In this document: positions 13,251 through 25,844 of the stretch, piece after piece
Numbering within the stretch: the stretch's first letter is position 1
Layout of the letters: every line of letters begins with the position of its first letter
From: Ruditapes philippinarum
Lineage: Eukaryota
Direction: 5' to 3'
Assembly (NCBI RefSeq): GCF_026571515.1
Contig: NW_026852705.1
Location: 186,001-250,000, forward strand
DNA length: 64,000 nucleotides
Notes under the pieces: generated by a model
The model's database searches: none
Seen by the model: only the letters and a program-made list of their open reading frames with translations
Told to the model about the DNA's origin: nothing
Program-made: the position numbers and the translations under genes

Positions 13251-16200
13251 CAGCCTCCAGGACGGCAAGAATTGGGTTATCTTTTGACAAATTTGGTTTA
13301 CAAAACTCTTGGTTTCTAGTTGATTTTTCTAAGCATGGAAGGATTGAAGATGTATCAAATGAAATCAAGAAAGACTATTTCAGTTGCAATAAATACAATG
13401 AACATGATATTGTATTGAGCATAAATAATTTTCTTTTGCCACCCTCTGCAAGTTCAGAACTTTTCAGGGAAAATGATGTTGTGTCAGTAAGGTAGGGCTA
13501 TATTAAAATGAAAATTTAAATTTTCTTTGTAAGTAACATAATCTGATAACATACAGTAGTGGATACATGAAACCCGCACTTTTGCTTGGTTGATGCGAAC
13601 CTTTTCTCAATTAAACAAAAGTAGTTTCACCTCAAACAGCAAATCCATGCCAAGAATATTTCCACGATTTTTTGCAACTTTCTTCAGGAGACGCAAATTG
13701 CCAGAAAGTTTAGGGTTTTTATTATTAATGGATTGGTGATCCAAACCATCGTTTAAAATGCTGCTAAAATTGGTTGTTTTTTTCAGCCTGTATATTAAAG
13801 TATCACCTCTGAAGTTCTGAACCTTTGCAAAAACGATTGTTTTCTTTGGGGCATCTGGTGCCTTAGAAATAAGAAAATCCTGAGGTAAAAGTTTGCCGTA
13901 AATTATAGTTACATACCGTGAACTTTGCGGGTTTTGCGTGTCCAGTACTGTTATACTGTCATTTATCATTGTGTTACAGTGCCCAACAAAAACTGATACT
14001 GAAAATTTCACTGATACTGTGATAGGTATAGAATTCTATATTTTTTTATGCCACCGCAGCATCTGCGATGCGGTGGCATATAGCGATTCACCTGTGTGTA
14101 TGTGTGTGTGTGTGTTTGTTTGTTTGTTTGTTTGTGTGTGTGTGTGTTATATAGATTATATAGTGAACTTAAAAAATCTTCTTGTGAAAAACCACCAGTC
14201 CAATTTCAACCAAACTTGGCAGGATTGATCCTTGGGTGAAGGGCTTCCAAAGTTGTTCAAAGAAATTAATTCCATGCAGAAATCTGGTTGCCATGGCAAC
14301 CAAAAGGAATTATAAGAATAAATTTAAAAAATCTTCTTGTAAAGACCCAAAAGGCCTAGAGCTTAGATATTTTGCATAAGGCATTGTCTGGTAGACCTCT
14401 ACCAAGATTGTTCAAATTATAGCCCTGGGGTCAAAATAGGCTCCGCCCCAGGGGTCATTGATTTTCACTATATGTACATATAGTAAAAACTTAAAATACC
14501 TTTTTGTAAAGACCCATAGGCCTAGAGCTTAGATATTTTGCATAAGGCATTGTCTGGTAGACCTCTACCAATATTGTACAAATTATAGCCCTGGGGTCAA
14601 AATCAGCACTGCCCCGGGGGTCATGGATTTGCACTATATGTACATATAGTAAAAATTTAAAATACCTTCTTGTAAAGACCCAAAAGGCCTAGAGTTTAGA
14701 TATTTTGCATAAGGCATTGTCTGATAGACCTCTACCCAGATTGTTCAAATTATAGCCCTATGGACAAAATCGGTCCGGCCCCGGGGGTCATTGATTTTCC
14801 TCATATTTACACAGTAAAAACTTATAGTAAAAACTTTAAAAAAAATTCTTCTAGCAATTGACAAATGCTAGAGGTTAGATACTTTGCATGAAACATTGTG
14901 AAGTGAACCTCTAGCAAGAATGTTCAAATAATAGCCCTGGGGTCAAAATTGCCCCCGCCCCGGGGTCATTGATTTTCAATATATACATATAGTAAAAAAA
15001 TAAAAAATCTTATTTTCTGAAGGTTTAAGGCTTAGAGCTTTAATATTTGTTAAATGATATCATCTATAGGTACTCTACCAAAGTTGTTCAAATTTTGCCT
15101 CTAGTGTCAAAATTAAAAGTGAACTTTGATATCAGCTGACCTAGATTTTGACAAAGTGTATTACATGTTGTCCTTTTATGCAGTCATGAAATTTTAGGCT
15201 GTGTGAAATATGACCTTCACCACCAAATTCACTAGACTCAAGTGCATTGATATATTCCTACTCTGATCTTTTATTGAGTAAACAATAGATTTAACCACTA
15301 ATCTGATAATAAGAATTAGATATGCATTATGACAATCTTCAATTGTATAGAAACAAAAAAATCTGTTCCTACACTACTATTTAGTGTTGTATTATTGCGG
15401 TGGCATAGCATTTTTCTCAAATGCAATCTTGTTTTATATCTTATTTCCTTTCAAATATATATACAATTGTAGTCTATAGCCGGGCAAGCCCAAGCCCGGG
15501 ACCACTTTGAGGCCCCAGACTTTGACTTCCCCATATGAAGAATTAAAAGTTTTCTTTGATAAATTGAATTTTTCAGGAAATTACCATTAAGAATGAAAAT
15601 GAGTTCTCTTAAAACTTAAATTGTCACAGTATAGAATTGTTTACTAGCTAGTGTAGAAAATGTGTAACCACCAGATAGCCTAGTCAGTAGTGCCTGATAT
15701 GGAATTTAGAGGGTCCCATGTTCTTGTCCTTGTCAATCTGCACATCATGCTGTGACATTTGATCCAACCTGGGGCTGTGACTTTATAATGCTCTGAGTCA
15801 ATTCACATTGCTCTCTGTTCTTGTTAGAAATTGAGGACAAATATCAATATATCGATGGAGTATTTCACAGTATAAAACTATTTACAAATTTGGGGAAGAA
15901 ATGTGTATTCATGCTAGTTGATAGAGTTGTGGTATTCCTAGAACCCCAGGTTCCAGTCTTGGTCAGACTGCCATGTCATCAGTTTTACCAATGATCATTC
16001 AATCAAACATAAGTGTACAGTATACTTGAGATGAGAGGCCTGTTTACATTGTAAAGCCTGAAGTGTAATTTCCATAACAACAGGGTTCTATCGAAACATG
16101 CCTGTCAATCAGTGCCAGTTAATTCATCTTAAACAATGTCTGATGTTTTATGCATGACATAATTTTGCTTTTTCAAGGCTGTTACCCTGCCTTCAGTTTA

Positions 16201-19200
16201 GTTTTGGTATTTCCCTTTGAAGTTGATTGATACACAGATTTAAATAAAAAGAATTCAAAGGTTTTTAAAAAGATGCAAAGGAGCATGGAAATCAACTATC
16301 CCCTATTACCAAAAGTTCAAATTTGAATCAAAAGGGATTTTTCAAATAAAACGACTTATGTTCCATTAGGACTGTTAATTTTTCAATTAAAGCAAATAAA
16401 GTGATTGAAAAAATCGCTAAACAGCCTTTAATTATTAAGCTTTCTAAAAGTGAAACTGAAAATCCAACTCAAATAATTATTGATATTTTTGATTCGTTAA
16501 CCCTGACCATGCTAAACCATGTTAAATTTTGAAAATGGACTTGGTAATCTATACAAGACCATTAACCATTTTAGGGGGAAAAGTCAAAATATGGACTAGC
16601 TGAATGTACCAGTTTATCTTTGGTATGCACTGGTTGCACAGGTACATGTATGATTACAGTTAACTCTAGCAACAGTCTTATCAATAAAATGAATACAAAA
16701 TATTACATGAAACTACCAAATAAGATAAATTCATCATCTTCTTTGATAAAATTATAATGTTACTGTAGCATATTACAAATCGGTTCTTAAATTTTCAGGT
16801 TAGAATGTAGGGACAGACATAAATCTTCAAAGCACAAGAAAAAGAAAGAAAAGAAAAGAATAGATGATGAAGAAGATCTTGTGCAGATTCAGACAGAAGC
16901 TTGCCAGTGTAAGATAATTTGAGAATTGATTTACGTTGTATTCCTTGCTAAGTTTTTGCAATACTTTGCATTTTGATCAGTATAACTTCACAGTAAGGGC
17001 ATTGAAATATTTTATAATAGACACTAATAGCCATTTTAAAGGTTGATGATTCTGAGTGCCATGTTCATCCTTGAAATATCACATCAGGGCTCTTGTTGTC
17101 TTCTTTCACAAGTGAAGTATAAAAGAGAGTGGAAATTGAATTAATATAAATTTTATATATCTTCCTTTCAGCTGGCTGATATTTTCCTAAAGTTTTGTTT
17201 TTAAACTTGTAGCTTCTTGAAATATATTTGAGTGTTTTAACTTCAATCAAAACAGGCAGGTATGTACTGTCAAGGGTGTTAATATGAAAATAGAAATAAA
17301 AACATTCTTTCATTCTTTTACAGATAGTACAGAAAGACATGCATCCTCAAAACACAAGAAAAAGAATAAAAAGAAAAAAATTGATGACGAAGAAGAATCT
17401 AGCCAGTGTAAGATTCTTGGTACATTACATTTGACCTGTTTTATTAACTTTATATCAAATTGATATAAGGTTATTAAATTATTTCACTGATAATCATTTT
17501 GAATGTTGGTGACTCTGTCATGATATTGAATATACTGAACTTGAAAATTTATGAGTGGCAAGACTATAGGTACAGTAATTCTTATATCTTTAACAAGAGC
17601 TGACAGGTTTAACAGTACATATATAACACAAATGTCAAATATTACATTTCAGGCAATGAAAAAAAGAAAAAGTTGAAAGGAGAGAATAAATGCTTAGACA
17701 CAACAGAACAATCTCACTACACAACTTCATTATCAAATAATGAAAGGATAACTGATAGAAGATTGAAAATTGATGTACAAAATGATGGCAAAATAAATCT
17801 AAAGCTTGTGAAAAAGTCATCAAAATCAGACTTGAAACATTCTCTGCCAACGAATGAAGATACTGAAGTTGATTTAGACAGTGAAATGAAAGAAGGCACA
17901 GTGGACAATATTGAAGTAAACCATACTGATGGAGCAACACAAGACTCACTGGTTAATGGTACAGATTCGTCACACAGTGATGGGTCTTTAGTCAAATCAT
18001 CAAGAAAAAGGAAACGAAACCGAAAAAGAAAAGGTGGTAAAAGATTTATTCAAGAAAATATGGTGAATATGTATGATAATTCAAGAAAGTTTGATGACAA
18101 TGACAGCTGTCAGACCTATAAAGGAAGGGATGTAGAATTAAATGAGAAAGGATTCTATGGTAACCTTCCTGATAAGCTTGAACCTCCAAAGTACTATCGT
18201 CATGGATACCGGAACCTCAATACTTACGATGTTGAGCCAAATAAACATATAAAGTTTGGTGAGGATACTGAACATAAAGAGACAGATGAAAGCACAAAGC
18301 AGTATAATTTTTTGTGCAAGTCTCGTAAAACTTCTTATGAAACTTTTAGTGACCAAAAAGATTTATCCGCAACTGAATGTGACAATGAAGGTGAAAAACT
18401 GGAAATTAATCCAGCTTTAGCTCAAAATGATTCCGAGGCATTTCAAACTGAAAATGAAACTGTAGATTGTTTTAAACGAAATCAGCAATCATCTGAAAAT
18501 GAAAGTTTTACGGCCATGCCTTTTCATTATAATGGCTCAACACCTGACAGATTTGATACAAACACTGACATTACCAGAAAAGAAAGTGGTTCTCTGGATA
18601 TGTGTCCTGTATCATTAGAAAGAAAGACTCTGTCCAGTGGAGTTTCTGTATTTGTTCGGAAGAGGTCCGGTCAATTTCCCCCAAGGTCTGGTCAATTTTC
18701 CCCTTTGACAGGGTTTTCCAAACAAGAACAGCTAGATACCAATCAGACGAACGTTTCTACTGTCTTTGTAGTAAGGGTTTTAAGTAATATTTGTTGCTTT
18801 TAAAGTAAATTGGTCTATAATGGAATGTCTCTAATACCATACATAATTATGTTGAAATTATTTAGTATCATATGTGATACTGAAGTCATAAATGATAAAT
18901 GCTAGAGGTTAACTGGTAAATATTTGGCATCAGATATCATCTAGTGGGCTATGGTTCTTATTTACTGAATAGAGAAACTTTATCCTCTTGTTCTTCTTTA
19001 CTGAATATGGTTCTCATTTACTGACTGGAATTACATACAATCACATTTAGGTGAATTATACAATTTCTGCATTCTTCTCTCAGTCTTATTAGAAAATCAT
19101 GTTTCTCTTGTTTTAAAGAATTCATCCCATGATGCAGAGTTCAAGGTACCATCAAGTCCAGCACCAAGACTCTTTCCTAAAGTTTCCAGTCCACTAGTGA

Positions 19201-22200
19201 ATGGCTCAGTGACAAGTGCAGTTAACCAAAATGGTTTTGATTTTGATGGAAGTAAACCTCTGGTTGGATTACCAGAAGTTGGAGATAAAATTGCTTATAA
19301 GGTATGGCATCTGATAAGTACAGTTTAAGCCTGGAGAGAAATATGTTGTTTTGCAATTTTTATTATAGGGTTCAGATGTAGTTTGTAATAATCTTTTGAA
19401 ACAGAAGGGGCAAGGAGGGCCATTAAAACATATGTTAATTTGATTCAGAATGTTTATAAACTTTATTCCTAAAATAAAAAAGGATTTTGATGTATTTTAG
19501 GATATATTTATTTTCAGCACAGATCTATATTTAGCTCCATGTTTTCAATTATAAACTTTTATTATATTAACAAATATCTTGCAGACAGTTTAATGTCAGT
19601 CCTCAATCTGACATTAATTACCCCCAATTAATAATGACGTTCATTGAATACTATTTTGAAGTCCACGTGCAATGGTCAATTGCAATGTGTGTAGGGGATG
19701 GAGGTATATTTTCTACTATGTATAACGTTGGCTTTTTTTACTCTATTTAAATGACATTTGATATTATGTAACATAAAATTATATGAAGAACAATTCAATA
19801 TGTGTGAACAGTTGTATAAAGGAAAACTCTAAGCAGGGGTAAGCCTTCTTCATTTTGCCAAATATTTCCATCAAAAATACCACTGCTTTGTAACTTTAAA
19901 AAAAAGTCTAATTGCAGTGCTAAATTCATTTGTGTGAAGAATAACATTCATGTTGCATTTGTTTATCATCTTTAATGCATTTTACTTTTATCAGGTGCTT
20001 GAATTATCTAACAGTTGTACACCTGAAGTATCAGGATATAAGGTAATTTGTTTACATTTGTAGTTGAATAGTGTTAACTGTTATACATCAAGTTGGTTTA
20101 AGTTTAAAGCTCTCATTCTGTACATAACCATTTTCTTTAAGTCACCATCTCCCTGTTAGCAACTTGTTCTTAATGATGAATTTAGGATGATCCAAGCTTG
20201 ATCCGTGGGGTGGATTTTTACAAAAATTGCTGAAATGTTTCCAGTATGAGAATTTTTGTATCACGTGCAGATCCATATTATATGTGTAATTTATTGTATA
20301 TTGCTGTATTTATATTCATGAAAGATTCTGTATTTATTTGACAAAGTTTTTATTCCCGCGTTAACGTCATGTTCTGTTTAGCATATAGTTAAACGGACGT
20401 TGCGTCATTGGTCATTTGTTATTTTATAAACGTCAATTTTTTCTGAAGAAGACTAAACGTCGAAAGCTTAAGAAAAGCGTTTGTTTTTATTGAACTGATT
20501 ATATATTATTTGTTTTTTTTCCCAATCCTAGCAGTTTGCTTGAAATTGTATGTGAATAGACATAAAACAAAATAGTTATTTTAATATGTCCATTTTACTT
20601 CAGGTTGCAGAAGTTTTGAGTGTAGATGACAAACAGATGTTGGAACTGAAAAATTTTTATCAGTCAAATAATGAAGGTAAAACCATTAATCCTTACCTTG
20701 CTGGAACTAAAAGGCATTACCATTTGCCACCAGTTACAGCCAGGACAGCATTCATGTTGGCTGACCCATTTTATATTTTCATCTAGATATCCCATAAATA
20801 TAAAGATAATGGACAGTTTCAAAAATATAAGCTTTGCAAGTCCATTTAAGAAATTCCGCAGGTTAAGATTTAACTTTACGAGTATGGCTTAGTTTATATA
20901 CAATGTTTGACAAGAATAATATGATACTCACAAACAGCAGCACTGATAGACATCAGGTTCATTAGCATAACTGGAGTGTACTTAAGGTAGTCTTACTGTA
21001 ATGCTTTCCAGCCAGAAAAAGTTCTAACATCAGCCAATATCATAATAAATTGGTCATTTCCAGAACATTATTTTTCACAATCTTTTTAACCGTTTATTAC
21101 CGGAATGCCTGATTGATTAACGCCGATTTACCAAAGTAAATATGTTATGATTTATTTGAAATAATGAAATCCTATTTGAACAAAAATAATTTGTTACACT
21201 AAGGAAGGTAAACTAACGTAGAACATTCATGTAAGAGGTAAGTCCTCTTGTTATAATTATATGACTTTAGAATTGGTGCTTAACTTTACAAAAAGTACAG
21301 CCGCCTCAGAACTCCAGATAGCAGAATGTGATACTGATTATTTCATGCAAATCAAATACATTAATGTCATTAGCTCAGAGTAAATATGTCTGAAAGAATC
21401 TGTTTTTTAATTGCTTTCAAAGAATCATAGGTGTTGTTCTAGGCAGAACATTTTTTATCATATTAACAGTTACAATAATTGTAACATTATTATCACATAT
21501 GCCATTAAATGTAGAGATGATATTTATATGTGATTAAATCATAAATATAGTATATACATGTATATTTCAGATAAACAGTTAACTAAGTTACATAACTCAT
21601 AAATATAGTATATACATGTATATTTCAGACAAACAATTAACTAAGTTTCATGTTGAGATAGAAGATGACAATGAGATTCTGACAAACACAGAGAATAATC
21701 CCGATGTTGTAAGTACATGAAATAAGGCTTATTATTTTCAGTTTAAGAGTGAAGAGCAGCACAAGTTTGACTGTTGGAAAGCTAACCAGTTATTATGTAG
21801 GTCAATGCATCAACTTGGATGTAGTTTAGCCTATAGATGAAATGAGTAGGAACAATTTGATATGATTTTGTCTGTCCATCTGCCTGGATGTATATGCCCA
21901 GTAAATATTATTAGGTTTTTTTGTGTTGCCTGCTATAGATAAGTAATGGTGATTAACCCACACCTGCTTATGATAAAATATAAAAACTGCCAACATCAAA
22001 TGGGCACAAAGTGCCATGTCCCTACAAGTTATAAAAAAAACTTCACTGGAGTCCCCGTAACCATCATAGGATGTTAAGCAATTGATGTTTGTAAATACTT
22101 GAAAACCACTTTGTTAGTAAATGGTTGTTTGCTCTAGGCGAATAAAAAAAAAACCACTCAGTTTTTGGCTTTGTAAGTTAAAGGTCAAGGTCACATTTAT

Positions 22201-22557
22201 CTTAAATTTGAGCTTTTAGATATTAATTTGCCCACTTTTGAATATTAAATATATTTTTAACTAATGTTTCTTGTTACATAAACAATGACCACATCATTTC
22301 TGCAGTGCTAAGGTTCTTAATTGTTACCTTGAAAGTTGAACTGGGTGCTTTGAATTGGATTATTGATGCTTTATAATTTGTGCCACATTTAACACATAGC
22401 CTTTAGATTTATAAGAATGGTTGACCTGTTTTTTTCAGTACTTATGTTACTGTTATGTTACTTATGTTATGTTATGTTACTGCAATATGTTTTTATCTTT
22501 CAGGTAACTTTACATTACAGTTCTCTACTGGAGACTAAAAAACTTGCCAGTGATTAA
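13247..22557 (+). CDS. COIL: Coilin (Cajal body scaffold), 9 coding exons, ~664 aa
   Basis: Exons 13247-13491, 16799-16908, 17324-17407, 17653-18770, 19119-19301, 19995-20042, 20604-20676, 21629-21708 and 22504-22557, all GT-AG and in phase. N-terminus MAAS..RIGLSF..WFLVD..LLPPSASSELFRENDVVSVR matches the coilin N-terminal domain; DFDGSKPLVGLPEVGDKIAYKVLELSNSCTPEVSGYK matches the Tudor-like C-terminal domain. Confidence 0.93.
14041..15432. mobile_element. pearl/HINE-like element with a ~167-bp internal satellite, in coilin intron 1
   Basis: T-run then tgccaccgca..tgcggtggca palindrome, (TG/TTTG)n microsatellite, about five ~167-bp units (ggcctagagcttagatattttgc), end tgcggtggcatagc..atcttgttt. 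Confidence 0.8.
20277..20520 (+). mobile_element. Penelope-like element pseudo-LTR fragment
   Basis: T-rich segment carrying a minimal hammerhead, a layout typical of PLE terminal repeats; boundaries approximate. Confidence 0.5.
20437..20476 (+). ncRNA. Minimal type I hammerhead ribozyme
   Basis: UUUUUU-CUGAAGA-A-GAC(UAAAC)GUC-GAAA-GC-UU-AAGAAA: conserved core, 3-bp stem II, palindromic AGCU stem III, U6/AAGAAA stem I. Confidence 0.7.
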
Positions 22558-23196
22558 AATCTTCAATACAAAATCAGACAGGAAGAGAAAAAAAACTAAC
22601 AAACATCGAAGTGTCTGCCAATATGAAACTATAAAAAAAAATTATTTTGACATCAATAAAAGCAATTTTGTAGACAGAGTAGTTTGTTGTCTTGGTTTAA
22701 ACATATTTTATCTAGCAAATTTACAAGCATGTATCATTTTACATCACAATATATATAAAATTTGAAAACAATCATTCAGGTCCATGCAACGAAAGTCAAG
22801 ATCACACATAGAGCTGTACGTAGTGCCCTGCGCATGAACCAGGTCAAAGGTCAAGGTCATACTTAGATCTCTTTGTAAAATGCTTGTCAGCAGCAAAATT
22901 TCTACATGCCTCTAGGGATTTTAATAAAACTTGACATTGTAAAGCGCATCAAATTCAGGTCCCTGGGTATTTATGGGTAATCGATTGATCTCTGACACAT
23001 TCTGACAAGTACTAAATAAAAAGACCATGTTTTTGTATTAATTATATGTATTTATATACTGTATATCTACAATGTAAATAAAACATGATAGACAACAAAC
23101 TCAAGACAATTTGGAAAACGAATAAGTTTAATATACGTTCAACAAAATAAATCATATAATTAAAACACAAAATAGGTACATTATCATTTTCTGATT

Positions 23197-24634
23197 TCAT
23201 TTTCTAACCCCAAAACAAGCGAGAAAAGTGCGATAGGCGCTTGTGAAAAATCCTTCCTTTGTTTTCTTCTTGCCTGTCAACTTGTTTCTTAAATCATCTT
23301 GGAGTAACTTCTCACTGATTTGACGAGTGTTATTAGTATAAGCTTCTGACTTTGGGCAGATATCTGTAATGCTCTTGTCGCCATGTTGAGATGATTTCAT
23401 TGTTTGGCTATCTGACGTCTGCTGTTTGGTGGGGTGGCACTGAAAGTCGTCTGCTTCTCGATTGTCCCTGTTCAACGTAAAATTGCTAATGAAATGATTG
23501 TTATAAAAATACAACGTAAGTGCTTTAACAGCTTAAATTATCGTAATTCATGACATTATTAACTTTTCAGAATTTTTACATATATTTTTGATAAATCAGT
23601 ATCTGTCTGAAAAATTGAAATTTACACTTGAAAATTATTTGTTGATAGTTAAAGCTTATAAAATATCCTTGTACGAATAAAAAACTAATAGGCCCCTACC
23701 TTTTAAAATTTGACTTTCTCAGAGATAAAACATCTGACATTTTTGTATTCTTTTGTTGAGAAGCGAGTTCTTTGGGATTTTCTGCAACATTTCTGTTTAT
23801 ATGTTGCATGTAGTCATAATGATCGTCTAGGTACATCTTCAACTCTGCAAAAAAGTTCAAAAGATCAATTGGGGCTATACAAACGAAAACATGAAAAAGT
23901 ACCAGTCATACCAAAGTCCCCTTATGCCAAGCTTAGACCTGATCAGATAAAATCATAAATATTATCGAATGTCAAACTTTGCGCAACAAACAGGAGTTCA
24001 TCATTCACACGTAAGATGTCGTTGTCATTTTTGTTATGAAAATTACAAATAATCAGACAATAATTAAGTTTTCAATTACTTACCAAACGCAAAGTCATTT
24101 CTTCTTTCAGCTCTAGAACTAATATGTCCAGTTATGCGTCTTTTGCGCTGTCTATCTTGACCATGTTTTTGTGGCATTGACTTCCTCTGACTTTGTGGTG
24201 GTAAAGCGCTCTTACTTCGCCTTTTCTTCTGTGAGGTCTTATCCTCAACTGCAAATATAAGGAAAATGAAGAATATAAATATCTAGTGACCGCCTGATGG
24301 TGCAATGCTTCATTCACAACCCCCTCCTTTCCATCCGCTACCTGTCCCCGATGAAACAAATTATGGTGGAAATCGCCGAAATGATACTATTGACATTTTA
24401 TTACCAGAAAGAGTTTTATAAATATTTTGTCGCTAATTCATTATTCAAATGAAGAAAAAAAAACATTTAAAAGTAATAAAAATCCTTTTAAAACTTACTT
24501 TTTCTGCGATTTGTCAATTTTCTTTGGGAATCGTGTCCTCTATGTGTGCCACATATAGACCTTGCCCTTTTTGATGAACAAATTTTGTCCATTCTTGAGT
24601 GAGCTTTGTAATCGTTTCTTGATAATCTGTTCAT
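23197..24634 (-). CDS. Unrecognised basic (Arg/Lys/Ser-rich) protein, copy 1, 248 aa
   Basis: Exons 24634-24499, 24248-24084, 23874-23700 and 23467-23197 with GT-AG sites and phases 1/1/2; non-coding exon with donor at ~24972; protein MNRLSRNDYKAHSR...GFFTSAYRTFLACFGVRK. Confidence 0.75.
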
Positions 24635-25020
24635 AATTCACTGTAACAAAAATTTTATACTCAGTCATTGTGCTCAGAACAAATTAATTTGTTCAAAACA
24701 TTCGATTCATTTGAAATATTATTAAAAAATGAGTATTAAAAACATATTTTAGTCCTCTATCTAATGGGAAGGACTTTGGAGAGAGTGGGGGTGGGTGGGG
24801 GCGCTTGGTCCGAGTGCAAGCTTTTATCAAGAAGCACCTATAAAGTTGATAAAATTTAATTCTGATTCTTTCCACAAAATTATAAGCTTAATAACATTTT
24901 GAATCTTTTAATTGACCATGAAATTCTATATAATAAGTGTATTTTAAATGAAAAAAATATATGTTTACATACCGTGATGTGTTGATATCTAATGTTGCGG
25001 AACGTCGTTTCTATGACAAG

Positions 25021-25080
25021 TTACGTCAGAAAATCAAATTACGTCACGACGTAAGTGACGTTAGAATGGGTATGACGTAC
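25021..25080 (-). promoter_or_regulatory. CRE/ATF site cluster upstream of orphan gene copy 1
   Basis: TTACGTCA x2, GACGTAA, TGACGTTA and TGACGTAC within 60 bp next to the first exon; conserved in copy 2 (~33820-33880). Confidence 0.6.
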
Positions 25081-25844
25081 ATCTCACTTATCAACAATTG
25101 TTAATAGATAAATGTACAAATGTAATATACATGTATTTTAAACGTCTCTGATTTACATATATGATATAAATTGCGTTAGCGAACAGCATTACGAAATATG
25201 ACGCGAGTTTTATTTATTTGTGTATAAAAGCCATTGTGAGACAACCCGTCATTGATTATTAACCTCCAACTATATACCATTTATCTACAATGTACATGGA
25301 CACCCTTGGATGGCCTTCGTTTACAGGTTTGGCTATAGGTTAAAGAACCAAAAGGGCACTTACGTATAGCCTGAAAAGACTATTAGAGAAATGTTTTTAT
25401 TTCATGCAATTAAAATACATGTTGTACCTGCAGAATACAAAAATGGTAGAAAGTCAGAAACCAACAATGGCCCAACTTTGTGTTATCTATTATAATATTT
25501 GCTACATTTGTTTTGTTTGAAATTCTTGGTTTTATTTGTCTATATCATAATTTATATACATATATATTAATATATATAGTGTGATGGGAAAGGACATAGA
25601 ATTCATTTCTGACTTAGGATAAATGTTTTCTACCATCAAAAACATATTTTGTGAACATTCAATGAGCCGTACCCCTTTGTATTTAGAGACTTAAATGAGA
25701 TTAATTATAGCTCTAATATATTGAATCCGGGACAAAAAATCCCATTTTATTATATATAAAATTTGTTCGTGTTTTAAAGTGATTTTCGTTTACAGTACAT
25801 TGTCATTTCGGGTTAAACACTTTTCCGCATCTTTCTAATGTTTT

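Noticed and set aside
13607-14228. ORFs of 134 and 96 aa in coilin intron 1
   Set aside because: No recognisable domain; they overlap repeat and microsatellite sequence, as do the CVCVCV ORFs at 39400 and 41381.
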